In this document: piece after piece, positions 10,936 to 20,010 of the stretch
Position numbering within the stretch: the first letter of the stretch is position 1
Layout of the letters: each line of letters opens with the position of its first letter
NCBI GenBank assembly: GCA_050633445.1
Contig: JBOEGN010000002.1
Coordinates: 17,873 to 81,872, forward strand
Reading direction: 5' to 3'
Source of the DNA: Thalassovita sp.
GTDB taxonomy: Bacteria; Pseudomonadota; Alphaproteobacteria; Rhodobacterales; Rhodobacteraceae
DNA: 64,000 bases
The notes under the pieces: model-generated
The model's input: the letters and a program-made list of their open reading frames with translations, nothing else
Databases searched by the model: none
Told to the model about the DNA's origin: nothing
Made by a program: the position numbers and the translations under genes

Positions 10936-12789
10936 TTAGCTGTTTTCAGCGGTTTCAAGCTTTTCCAAAGCCTTCATCCACAAGGTTTCTGCCCTGTCCA
11001 ACGCCTCGCGCAGTTCGGCGTATTTCTTTTGCAGAACAACGGCTTCGCCCTTGCGTTCGGCAAAAAGACTGGGGTCAGCCAGACGGGTTTGCAGCTTCTT
11101 GTCCATCTGGTTGAGCTTTTCGATCCGCTCTTCGCATTTGCGGGCATCAGCGCGCAGGGCCAGAATGTCGTCACGGCTGGCCCGTTTTTGCGGAGCCACA
11201 GGCTTGGGCTTGACCGGCTTGGCGGGTTTGTCCGATTGCAGCAACATTTTGCGATAGGCCGCAAGGTCTTCTTCGTAGGGCTGAACAGCACCATCTTTGA
11301 CCAGCCACAGCCGGTCGGCCACCATCGACAGCAGGTGCATATCGTGGCTGACCAAAATCACGGCGCCAGTATAGGCGTTCAACGCCTCCATCAACGCCTC
11401 GCGGCTTTCGATATCCAGGTGGTTGGTCGGTTCATCAAGGATCAGCAGATGCGGTGCGGGCAGGGTGGCCAGCAGCAGGGACAGCCGTGCCTTTTGCCCA
11501 CCAGACAGGCGTCCGACCTCGGTTTCGACCTGTTCGGCCATCAGGCCAAAGCCCGCCAGACGGGCCCGCAGACGGGCAGGGGTTTCACCGGGGCGTTCGC
11601 GCTGCAAGTGTTGCAGAGGGGTTTCGTCGACAAACAGTTCGTCGACCTGATGCTGGGCAAAGAACCCGATTCGCAGCTTTGAGGAGCGGGCGATTTTCCC
11701 CTCCATCGCGGGCAAACGATCGGACAGCAGCTTGGCCAGCGTGGATTTCCCCTGACCGTTTTTCCCCAGCAGGGCAATGCGATCATCCTGGTCAATCCGC
11801 AGGTTCAGACGTTTCAGGATCGCGGTGCCATCATAGCCGACCTCAGCGTTTTCAGTCGAGATGATCGGCGGCGACAGGGCTTCGGGCTCGGGAAAGCTGA
11901 AGACAGTGCGGGCGGCATCTTCGGGCGCGCGGATCACATCCATCTTTTCCAGCATTTTCACGCGGGACTGCGCTTGTTTCGCCTTCGACGCCTTGGCCTT
12001 GAACCGATCAACAAAGCTTTGCAGGTGGGCGCGGCGGGTGTCTTGCTTCTTGGCTTGGGCCGCCTGAACGGCGCGTTGTTCGGCCCGTTGGCGCACGAAC
12101 TGGTCATACGGCCCGGTGTAATAGGTGAGCTTCTGCCCTTCCAGATGCAGAATGGCGCCCACAGCCCGGTTCAGCAGTTCGCGGTCGTGGCTGACGATGA
12201 TCACGGTATGGGGATACTTGGCCAGATAGTTTTCAAGCCACAGCGCACCTTCAAGATCCAGATAGTTGGTCGGTTCGTCCAACAGCAGATAGTCAGGTTG
12301 CGCGAACAGCACCGCGGCCAGCGCGACACGCATCCGCCAGCCGCCCGAAAAGGCCGAACAGGGCATCAGCTGTTCGTCGGAATCAAAGCCCAAGCCCCGC
12401 AAAATGGAGGAGGCCCGCGCCTCGGCCGACCATGCGTCAATATCAGCGAGTCGGGTTTGAATATCGGCAATCCGTGTGGGGTCGGTGGCGGTGTCGGACT
12501 CGGCCATCAATTCAGCGCGTTCGGTGTCAGCGGCCAGAACGGTATCCAGCAGGGAAACCTCGTTTCCCGGAACCTCTTGGGCCACGCCGCCGATGCGCGC
12601 GCGGGAAGGTATTTGGATCGAGCCACTGTCCAGATGCAGATCCCCTCGGATCAGCTTGAACAGCGTTGTTTTGCCCGCACCGTTGCGGCCAATCAGGCCA
12701 ACTTTGTGGCCAGTGGGAATTGTGGCGCTGGCCCCATTAAAAATGGGGCGGCCGTCGATGGAGTAATGCAGGTCTTCGATACGTAACAT
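10936..12789 (-). CDS. ABC-F family ATP-binding protein
   Basis: Two ABC domains (GRNGAGKT/FSGGW/DEPTN and GKNGQGKS/LSGGQ/DEPTNHLD); no TM segments. Confidence 0.95.
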   Translation of the reverse strand: MLRIEDLHYSIDGRPIFNGASATIPTGHKVGLIGRNGAGKTTLFKLIRGDLHLDSGSIQIPSRARIGGVAQEVPGNEVSLLDTVLAADTERAELMAESDTATDPTRIADIQTRLADIDAWSAEARASSILRGLGFDSDEQLMPCSAFSGGWRMRVALAAVLFAQPDYLLLDEPTNYLDLEGALWLENYLAKYPHTVIIVSHDRELLNRAVGAILHLEGQKLTYYTGPYDQFVRQRAEQRAVQAAQAKKQDTRRAHLQSFVDRFKAKASKAKQAQSRVKMLEKMDVIRAPEDAARTVFSFPEPEALSPPIISTENAEVGYDGTAILKRLNLRIDQDDRIALLGKNGQGKSTLAKLLSDRLPAMEGKIARSSKLRIGFFAQHQVDELFVDETPLQHLQRERPGETPARLRARLAGFGLMAEQVETEVGRLSGGQKARLSLLLATLPAPHLLILDEPTNHLDIESREALMEALNAYTGAVILVSHDMHLLSMVADRLWLVKDGAVQPYEEDLAAYRKMLLQSDKPAKPVKPKPVAPQKRASRDDILALRADARKCEERIEKLNQMDKKLQTRLADPSLFAERKGEAVVLQKKYAELREALDRAETLWMKALEKLETAENS

Positions 12790-12931
12790 GGCCCCGCAGT
12801 GGACCAGTGCTGGGGGGCTTGTCAATGTCTCAATGACAGGTCGCAGGAAACCTCTTTATCCCTTGGCAAACGCGTGCTAGAGGCCACGCAGGATTTACAA
12901 CTTTTGAAACCTTGGAACAGGAGCGCGCCCC

Positions 12932-13354
12932 ATGGCCATTCAACGCACCTTCTCGATCATCAAACCTGATGCAACCGCCCGTAACCTGACCGGCGCGATC
13001 AACGCCAAGCTGGAAGCCGCCGGCCTGCGCATCGTTGCTCAGAAACGCATTCACCTGACCCCGGCCCAGGCTGGCGTGTTCTACGAAGTGCACAAAGAGC
13101 GTCCCTTCTACGGTGAACTGTGCGAATTCATGGCGTCGGCCCCGATCGTCGTTCAGGTTCTGGAAGGCGAAAACGCCATCCTGAAAAACCGCGAAGTCAT
13201 GGGCGCCACCAACCCTGCCGACGCCGACGAAGGCACCATCCGCAAAGAGTTCGCTCTGTCGCTGGGTGAAAACTCGATCCACGGTTCGGACGCGCCTGAA
13301 ACCGCCGCGACCGAAATCGCCTACTTCTTCTCGGGTCTGGAACTGGTGGGCTAA
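12932..13354 (+). CDS. ndk: Nucleoside diphosphate kinase
   Basis: [14 protein letters not shown] and N.IHGSD motifs. Confidence 0.98.
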   Translation: MAIQRTFSIIKPDATARNLTGAINAKLEAAGLRIVAQKRIHLTPAQAGVFYEVHKERPFYGELCEFMASAPIVVQVLEGENAILKNREVMGATNPADADEGTIRKEFALSLGENSIHGSDAPETAATEIAYFFSGLELVG

Positions 13355-13384
13355 GCCTTCCTGTCCGACAGAGATACAGAATTG

Positions 13385-13415
13385 GGGCCGTCCAGGATTT
13401 GGGCGGCCCTTTTTT
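13385..13415 (+). terminator. Intrinsic terminator after ndk
   Basis: GGGCCGTCCA-GGATT-TGGGCGGCCC followed by a T run. Confidence 0.85.
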
Positions 13416-13422
13416 GTCCGAA

Positions 13423-13863
13423 TTACGTCGCGGGGCGTGGGCGACTCAAACGGCGGCCGTCCTGGATATTTCCGATCATCAAGGTGATGTTGACGGCTCC
13501 TGCGATCAGCTCGGCGACCTGAACCGCATAAAATAGACCGTCGAAGTCTCCCGCGCGGGCTTTGGCAGCCAGCAAAAGCGCCGCGGGCAAGAGCACCAAC
13601 AGACCGTTCAACGCCAGGATCGGAGCACGCCGTTTTTTGCGCGCAACGACAGGGCCGCGCATTTTTTTGGCCATCAAAAACCCGCCTAGATTCGCACCGA
13701 TCAGCAGCGGAATCAGCCAGATCAGACCCCAGGGGATCAGGGTTTTGACCAGGATAACCTGAGCCTGCGTGCCAAACAGCTCGACCAGAACCGTGCTGAG
13801 CCAGAAAACAGCGATGGTCAGAAGCGCAAGGCCCCCCGCGATAGGATGGAGATGTCTCATCAT
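13423..13863 (-). CDS. Hypothetical membrane protein (about 4 TM)
   Basis: Hydrophobic ORF divergent from the MarR gene. Confidence 0.7.
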   Translation of the reverse strand: MMRHLHPIAGGLALLTIAVFWLSTVLVELFGTQAQVILVKTLIPWGLIWLIPLLIGANLGGFLMAKKMRGPVVARKKRRAPILALNGLLVLLPAALLLAAKARAGDFDGLFYAVQVAELIAGAVNITLMIGNIQDGRRLSRPRPAT

Positions 13864-13875
13864 GAAAATGCCTTT

Positions 13876-13911
13876 CATAGCTTGCTATATATAATTGCAT
13901 AGCAAGCTATG
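13876..13911. promoter_or_regulatory. Candidate MarR operator (two inverted near-palindromes)
   Basis: CATAGCTTGCTAT ... ATAGCAAGCTATG in the short divergent intergenic region. Confidence 0.65.
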
Positions 13912-13929
13912 TAGTGATACGCAAGCCCC

Positions 13930-14361
13930 ATGAGCTTCACCAAAGATACCAGCGCAGGCTACCTGTTGAACACGCTTGCGCGCCTTTTTGCCCGAGAGTT
14001 GCAAACCGCGATCAAACCCTTGGGGCTAAGCACGGGGGTCTTTCCGGCGCTTTTGGCGCTTTGGGAACGCGACGGGCGCACGCAAAAAGAGCTTGTGGCC
14101 GAATTGGGGATCGAACAGGCCACGATGGCCAACACTCTGGTCAGAATGGAGCGCGATAAGCTGGTGATCCGGCGCGGCGACGAAACCGATGGGCGGGTCC
14201 AGCGGGTTTGGCTGACCGATCGGGCGAAAATGCTGAAAGATCCGGCGATTCACGCCGCCGAAGCGGTGAACGCGCGGGCATTGGCGGGCTTGCCCCATGC
14301 CGATCAAGAGCGATTTCTGCGGATGATGCAGCAGGTGCTACGCGTGATGTCAGAAGGTTAG
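13930..14361 (+). CDS. MarR family transcriptional regulator
   Basis: TQKELVAEL..EQATMA..L.RME and DGRV.RV.LT wHTH motifs. Confidence 0.93.
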   Translation: MSFTKDTSAGYLLNTLARLFARELQTAIKPLGLSTGVFPALLALWERDGRTQKELVAELGIEQATMANTLVRMERDKLVIRRGDETDGRVQRVWLTDRAKMLKDPAIHAAEAVNARALAGLPHADQERFLRMMQQVLRVMSEG

Positions 14362-14699
14362 GCGTTTGCGCGCGGGATAACGCCGATTTCGTTCAAAGCT
14401 TTCTCCAACTCTGATCCTGCATCCTGATTGGGTCGGCTCTTGGCCTTCAGCGCATCGAATTTAACGCGCAGAGCATCCTTCTCGGCGCCCTGGCAGTCGT
14501 TCCATGGGCGCCCCTGCAACCCCATCACCAGCGCGTAGTAGCCGATGAAATGCGGTTTGGTGCCGTGCTCCATCAGCTGTGCATAGGCCGCATCCGCGCC
14601 CAAATCGCGCAGCTGTTCGGCGCTGTGAATGCCAGCGCGGGCAAAGGACGCATCCGAAGCAGGGCCAAGGTTGCGAATGGTGGAAACAGGGCTGCTCAT
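14358..14699 (-). CDS. TfoX/Sxy C-terminal-domain family protein
   Basis: IRNLGPA..AGIHSAEQLRDLGA..AY motif. Confidence 0.8.
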   Translation of the reverse strand: MSSPVSTIRNLGPASDASFARAGIHSAEQLRDLGADAAYAQLMEHGTKPHFIGYYALVMGLQGRPWNDCQGAEKDALRVKFDALKAKSRPNQDAGSELEKALNEIGVIPRANA

Positions 14700-14761
14700 G
14701 CGCGCAATCTATCGGTGCGCCAAGCGGCTGTCATCACCGTTGTGTCGCTTTTGCTCAAGGA

Positions 14762-14881
14762 TCAGATACTGGCGTAGTCGGTAAAGATCGGCTGCGCGGG
14801 TAGCGGCTCTTTGATCGGCTTTGGGGCCGGTTTTTGGGCATCTGCGGGCATCGGGGCCTGAGGGTTTTGTTGCTGTGCCAT
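14762..14881 (-). CDS. Small 39-aa Pro/Gln-rich protein ending FTDYASI
   Basis: Hand translation: GGAG RBS, then MAQQQNPQAPMPADAQKPAPKPIKEPLPAQPIFTDYASI-TGA; below the ORF-track cutoff. Confidence 0.6.
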   Translation of the reverse strand: MAQQQNPQAPMPADAQKPAPKPIKEPLPAQPIFTDYASI

Positions 14882-15326
14882 AGAATGGCTCCTTTCTTCT
14901 GCTCTACACACCGTGCTGCGGGAAAACTCCCGCAGCGGAACTGGTTACGGGACCAACCTAACGCAAGAATTGGGCATGCTGAGGGATCGGGCGTGACAGG
15001 AAAGGGGCTGAAATATGCCGAAAAATTCGGCATCATAGCCATAAGCGCAAGACGCTGGCGCGGGAAAATAGGTCATTCGAAAAGTCCTTGGTCGTCAATA
15101 TACCAAGAAGAATACTGTGGTCGGAACCGCGGCGTAAAGAGGGGGAATTCCAGACCCGTGTCACCTGTGAGTGCAAAATAATTAACGTCAGGGAGGCAGG
15201 GGGGCGGCACCTGACGTTCATGCCGTCACCCAAGATTGCGCTGGCCGTTTGCTCAGATCGGAGCTGTGGGGGCGGTGTGTCACATCCAGCACGTTGACGC
15301 GTCACAGGTCAATTCAGATGCACCGC

Positions 15327-15355
15327 TTGACGGGTGTCGTCTGGCCTCGTATTCA
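15327..15355 (+). promoter_or_regulatory. Sigma70-type promoter of tRNA(CAT)
   Basis: TTGACG-N17-TATTCA, ending 10 nt before the tRNA. Confidence 0.6.
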
Positions 15356-15365
15356 ACGCTTAGGC

Positions 15366-15441
15366 GGGCCTGTAGCTCAACGGTTAGAGCAGAGCGCTCA
15401 TAACGCTTTGGTTGCGGGTTCAAATCCTGCCGGGCCTACCA
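15366..15441 (+). tRNA. tRNA with CAT anticodon, most likely tRNA-Ile2 (lysidine), alternatively Met
   Basis: GGGCCTG acceptor stem, TAGCTCAACGGTTAGAGC D-arm, GAGCG-CT-CAT-AA-CGCTT anticodon arm, GGTTCAAATCC T-loop, encoded CCA. Confidence 0.92.
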
Positions 15442-15656
15442 CTTTCAAAACATTTACGTTTAAAAGCAATTAGTTAATCGAATTTCTGCACCATGAAAAT
15501 TCGTGCGTAGTACACTTTACCATTCCATCCGTTCTAGTTTCTTCATCGCATCGGCGGCGATTCGAGCCTCTCATAAAGTTTACGTTGCGTAAAGCAAAAG
15601 GCCGTGCCACACTACCTAAGGGAGAGCGCATAACTCGTGCACATGTAGGGGTGACT

Positions 15657-15815
15657 ATGGCCGAGATGCTTCAGATCTTGTTTCCCGAAGGATCGGATCC
15701 TTCGGGAAAGCAACCGACGGAAGACCGCAAGCCCCCTGGCGCAGGGTTGGGTTTTGCGGTGATATTGGCAGCGGTGTTTTGGGCCGGAGTGATTATCGCG
15801 ATCGTTCTGATCTAG
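15657..15815 (+). CDS. Small single-TM hypothetical protein
   Basis: 52 aa with a C-terminal hydrophobic helix; stop overlaps the stop of the convergent kinase. Confidence 0.45.
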   Translation: MAEMLQILFPEGSDPSGKQPTEDRKPPGAGLGFAVILAAVFWAGVIIAIVLI

Positions 15816-17131
15816 CGCGCAATCACGATATCAGCCTGCAAGCCGCCCAAAACTTCGCTAGAGCCCAAGCGCAAAACGCCTCCGTGTGCCCGTGCGATGT
15901 CTGTCGCGATGGCCAGGCCAAGGCCCACACCGCCACCGCGGTTCTGATTGCGGGCGCTGTCCAAACGGGTGAAAGCTTTGAGCGCTTGTTCACGGTTTTC
16001 GGGTGGAATACCGGGGCCATCATCTTCGACCCGAATGCGCAAAGATTTCTCGGTCAGTTTGATCGAAACCTGAACTTTTCCGCCATAACGCACCCCGTTT
16101 TCGATCAGATTGGACACGGCGCGTCGGATGGCTGTTGGGTTTAGCTGAACCATGCCCTCGCCAACCTGTTGGACCAATGTGACGTCCTGATGAGAGCGTT
16201 TGGCGTCCTCGACCACCCCGCGCACCAGTTGAATGGGGTCGGTGGGTTCGGGGTCGCCTTCGGTCGCGCCACGGGAAAAGGCCAGGAATTCGTCCAGCAT
16301 CCGCTGCATGTCGTCGACGTCATGCAACAGGTCTTGGGCATCCTCCTCCTCGAGCATCGACAGGCCCAGACGCAGGCGGGTCAGGGGCGTGCGCATGTCG
16401 TGACTGACGCCCGACAACATCTGCGTGCGCTGTTCGATCTGCCGATCAATGCGGGCCCGCATGTCCAGAAAGGCATTGCCCGCGGCCCGAACCTCGAGTG
16501 CGCCGGTGGGGCGATAGGGCAGGGTGCGTCCCTTGCCAAACGCCTCGGCTGCGCGGGCCAAACGGGTGATCGGGCGCAGCTGATTGCGCAGATAGATAAA
16601 GGCGATCAGGGTCATCAGCCCGCCAAAGAACACCATATGCACAAACAGCTGATGCGCGTTCGAGGCTGACAAACGTGTCCGGTCCAACTGCAACACGACC
16701 TGTCCTTGCGGCGCATCCACGAATAACAGCGCGTCATAGTCATCGGGCAGGGAAATTCCGGCCAGTTCAGGCAGCGATGCCCACAGGCTGGATTGCACAT
16801 ACAGCCCGGTGATATCGTACCAGCGCCGCATCCCCATCGGGGCGGGGGCCGAGGTGCCGGGCGGAAATACTGTGATCTCAAGCGGGTCAGAAAGCGGCCT
16901 CAGATACGAGGTGATTTGCATCCCCACCAGATCGCCGGGCAGGTCATCCAACAGCAATCGTACCTCACGCGCGACGGTTTGCGACATTTGACGTGTCACG
17001 CCCTCGAAATGTCGCTGCATAAAGACAATGGACACCACCAGCTGCAAGGTCACAACAGGCAGGATCAGGATCAGTGCCGCACGGGAATACAGCCCACGGG
17101 GCAAATAGCGTTTGAGCCAGCGAAAGAACAT
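15812..17131 (-). CDS. HAMP sensor histidine kinase (EnvZ-like)
   Basis: 2 TM, HAMP domain, SHDMRTPL H-box, DDGPG and GLGL boxes. Confidence 0.93.
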   Translation of the reverse strand: MFFRWLKRYLPRGLYSRAALILILPVVTLQLVVSIVFMQRHFEGVTRQMSQTVAREVRLLLDDLPGDLVGMQITSYLRPLSDPLEITVFPPGTSAPAPMGMRRWYDITGLYVQSSLWASLPELAGISLPDDYDALLFVDAPQGQVVLQLDRTRLSASNAHQLFVHMVFFGGLMTLIAFIYLRNQLRPITRLARAAEAFGKGRTLPYRPTGALEVRAAGNAFLDMRARIDRQIEQRTQMLSGVSHDMRTPLTRLRLGLSMLEEEDAQDLLHDVDDMQRMLDEFLAFSRGATEGDPEPTDPIQLVRGVVEDAKRSHQDVTLVQQVGEGMVQLNPTAIRRAVSNLIENGVRYGGKVQVSIKLTEKSLRIRVEDDGPGIPPENREQALKAFTRLDSARNQNRGGGVGLGLAIATDIARAHGGVLRLGSSEVLGGLQADIVIAR

Positions 17132-17154
17132 GGGCTAAACCTAACCGGCGAACG

Positions 17155-18084
17155 ATGGGAGAGGAATACACGATGTTGCCACCGGACGATTTCAATCCTC
17201 AGCCAGGAAAGGCCGAGGAACTGGCCACCGGGTTGCGACGCGTCTTGGCGCCCAATCCTTCTCCGATGACCTATCGCGGGACAAACACCTATCTGTTGGG
17301 CGAACGCGACATCGCCGTGATCGACCCTGGCCCTGATGATCCGGTACATCTGGAGGCTATTCTGGGCGCGCTCCATCCTGGGCAGCGGATCTCTCATATT
17401 ATTGTCACCCATGCCCATTTGGATCACTCTCCCTTGGCGCGGGCCTTGTCGGCGCGGACCGATGCGCCTGTTTATGCATACGGGGATTTCCGCGCCGGTC
17501 GCTCCGAGATCATGGAGCAGCTGTCCGCCAAAGGTCTGGCCGGTGGGGGCGAGGGGGTGGATGCGCAGTTCATCCCAGATGTGGAAATTGCCGACCAAGA
17601 GAGCCTCAAAGGAGACGGCTGGCAGTTGCGCGCCCTGTGGACGCCGGGACATTTCGGGAACCACCTGTCCTTTGAATGGGAGGATGCAGTTTTCACCGGA
17701 GATCTGGTGATGGGATGGGCCAGCTCGCTGGTGTCGCCACCTGACGGTGACCTGACGGATTTCATGCGCTCTTGCGAGCGGCTGCAAGGCCATGATGCCA
17801 AAGTTTATCATGCGGGCCATGGTGCCCCTGTGTCGAATCCTGCTGAACGGGTGGAATGGCTGCTGTCGCACCGCCGTGGTCGCGAAACCTCGATCCTCGA
17901 GGCGCTGGAGCGCAGTTCGGGCACCGCCCGCAGCCTGGCCGAGCGTATCTACACCGAGACACCGCCTGCGTTGATGGGGGCCGCAGCACGAAACGTGTTC
18001 GCGCATCTCGTTGATCTGGTGGGAAAAAATCAAGCGCAGCCGCTGACTGAACTGTCCGAGACCGCACAATTCACGCTAAAATGA
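17155..18084 (+). CDS. MBL-fold metallo-hydrolase
   Basis: APNPSPMT..GTNTY, THAHLDH, TPGH and GHG motifs. Confidence 0.92.
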   Translation: MGEEYTMLPPDDFNPQPGKAEELATGLRRVLAPNPSPMTYRGTNTYLLGERDIAVIDPGPDDPVHLEAILGALHPGQRISHIIVTHAHLDHSPLARALSARTDAPVYAYGDFRAGRSEIMEQLSAKGLAGGGEGVDAQFIPDVEIADQESLKGDGWQLRALWTPGHFGNHLSFEWEDAVFTGDLVMGWASSLVSPPDGDLTDFMRSCERLQGHDAKVYHAGHGAPVSNPAERVEWLLSHRRGRETSILEALERSSGTARSLAERIYTETPPALMGAAARNVFAHLVDLVGKNQAQPLTELSETAQFTLK

Positions 18085-18135
18085 CACGCGATCCCTGTGT
18101 CGCAAATTTTTTCGGAAAAATGACACAAAAGGCAC

Positions 18136-18164
18136 TGGACGCCGGAAAAACTCATAGCTATACA
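18136..18164 (+). promoter_or_regulatory. Sigma70-type promoter of tRNA-Asn
   Basis: TGGACG-N17-TATACA upstream of the tRNA. Confidence 0.5.
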
Positions 18165-18175
18165 CCGCCACATGT

Positions 18176-18250
18176 TCCGGCGTAGCTCAGCGGTAGAGCA
18201 GTTGACTGTTAATCAATTGGTCGTAGGTTCGATCCCTACCGCCGGAGCCA
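18176..18250 (+). tRNA. tRNA-Asn(GTT)
   Basis: TCCGGCG acceptor stem, GTTGA-CT-GTT-AA-TCAAT anticodon arm, GGTTCGATCCC T-loop, CCA end. Confidence 0.96.
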
Positions 18251-18258
18251 AAGATTTC

Positions 18259-18291
18259 AAGGACTTAGCGCTCATACGCTAGGTCCTTTTT
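18259..18291 (+). terminator. Terminator after tRNA-Asn
   Basis: AAGGACTTAGCG-N6-CGCTAGGTCCTT followed by Ts. Confidence 0.75.
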
Positions 18292-18673
18292 CTTTCTGAG
18301 CACAGAATAAGTACAGAAAACACTGCCTGGATCGGTGTTTACGGATCATTTGTCATCCGGTGCCACGGGCTTGTGCTAACTACCAGCCTCTAAACGCTTT
18401 TTCTCCTCCGCCGCATATTGGCGTAGAGATTTGCCCTTTTACTTAAGCCCTTGAAGTCATTCACGCCCCTGACGCCAGAACGCCCAATTAGGTATCAATG
18501 GGGCGGTCTATTTGTGCGGGCTGATGACTTCGGATTTTTCACGGTCAGCATCCTCGATGCCGTTCGAGGTCAGAATGTCGTGTTCCGTTGGAGCCGTATG
18601 CCAGCGATTTACAAGGGAGTGTGCCGGCTCACAACGTTGTGCAGTCCAGACCTTCCAAGCTGGAAGAACTCTA

Positions 18674-18936
18674 CGTCAACAAGGCGTTTTCGGAGCTCGC
18701 TATAACGTATTGTTTTTATTGCCTTGTTGACGACGTTGATCTTCGTTGACCGTTTTCGCTATATATATCCGGATTGCACGCTGCCCCTGTGCCCTGGTCC
18801 ATGCCCTATGCCTAATCGGCTTATTCTACCAAGATATATTGCTTTAAGATCAACATGATCAACATCGTCAACAAGTGTTCCGAAACAAGGCCTTAGAGGC
18901 GACGCTTCAGGTCAACAAAGATCAACGACCGTCAAC
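18674..18936. repeat. Iteron-like array of GTTGAY/RTCAAC hexamers (candidate replication origin remnant)
   Basis: GTTGAY at 18726, 18735, 18745; RTCAAC at 18675, 18849, 18858, 18867, 18911, 18921, 18931. Confidence 0.6.
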
Positions 18937-19188
18937 GCCGTGACCGAATAAATTCGCTCCGATTGCCAGAACATCACTCATTGGCTTGGACATACCCTGC
19001 CGAAACGCGACCACCCAAACTGACGCCCCGTCTGTGCTTCTAGCCTAGGGTTTCCATAGAACGCCGCAAACGCTGCGCATGGCCCTTATTCTGCCGGTCG
19101 CTTCCCGCGCACATAAGGCCGAGGCGCTGACCATCTGCCGAGAGGCATTCCGTGATACATGGGAGCGGCTGACGGCGGGGGCTGAGGC

Positions 19189-19581
19189 ATGACCATCTTC
19201 CTCAAGTCCAAATCCGCCAAAGCCGAACTGGCCGCTGACCTTGAGAAGGACAACGCGGCTCAGAAGGCGCAGGATCAATCCCCGATCCAGACCACCAAGG
19301 ACGTGCGGGGCTTCTGGACGCAGAACCCCAAGACCCGTGACCTGTTCGGAGCGATCATCACCATGTGGCGCAAGTCTTCTGCTCGCCGTCCAGACCATAA
19401 AGGGTTCTGGGCGGCATAGCCCTACCGGGATTGGAGCGACTTCACCGGCCTACCCATTGCAACGCTCAAGCCGCGCCTAAACGCGCTAGTGAACCATGGC
19501 CTGATAGAGCGCACCCTCGGGCGGCACGGGGGCAATCGGGTGTTGACCTTCAACGACCCCGATCACCCCGGCCATTCGTGA
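19189..19581 (+). pseudogene. Winged-helix DNA-binding/replication-like protein interrupted by TAG at 19417-19419
   Basis: The frame continues past the stop as PYRDWSDFTGLPIATLKPRLNALVNHGLIERTLGRHGGNRVLTF, which is wHTH-like. Confidence 0.5.
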
Positions 19582-19854
19582 AATCTTGGAACCGCTGATC
19601 GGGCACAATGAAGAATGGGTGTTCACCTATGTCTGTCAGCGCACCCGCAAGGACAAGGTTCGGGGGGAGCGGTACCTTCGAAGGCACTCTAAAGAGGAGT
19701 CCCAAATGGGGCGTTTTGATACCAAGCGCGGAGCAGATCGAAGAACTTAGGGTCGTTGACGATGGCAGCGACTTCTTCACTGGTCATCTTCTATGGCGCA
19801 GGGACGTCACCAATGAGAGTAACGACAACTTCGCCGACGTCATTTGCTTCGAAC

Positions 19855-20010
19855 TCAGCATACGCACTCGTCCAGCAGGATCGAATAAGCGTTCCTGTCC
19901 TGCGCAATGTCAAGCCCAACTAAAAAACGCCTGTAGCCACAAACTATCTCAACCGCCGGATCGGCGTCTGGTAGGATCAATTCCTCGCGCTTTTCAACCG
20001 AGGCCTGCAT
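19855..20010 (-). pseudogene. Truncated terminase RNase H-like nuclease domain encoded as a separate ORF
   Basis: Own GGAG RBS and ATG at 20010; MQASVEKREELILPDADPAVEIVCGYRRFLVGLDIAQDRNAYSILLDECVC*. GLDIAQ.D resembles the first acidic motif of TerL nucleases. Confidence 0.5.

Noticed and set aside
18674-18936. CRISPR array
   Set aside because: The repeats are 6-mers with 3-4 nt gaps, there is no repeat-spacer structure and no cas genes; no CRISPR was seen anywhere in the window.
19417-19419. Programmed amber read-through (pyrrolysine)
   Set aside because: No pyl genes in the window and neighbouring genes are also decayed; a nonsense mutation is the simpler explanation.
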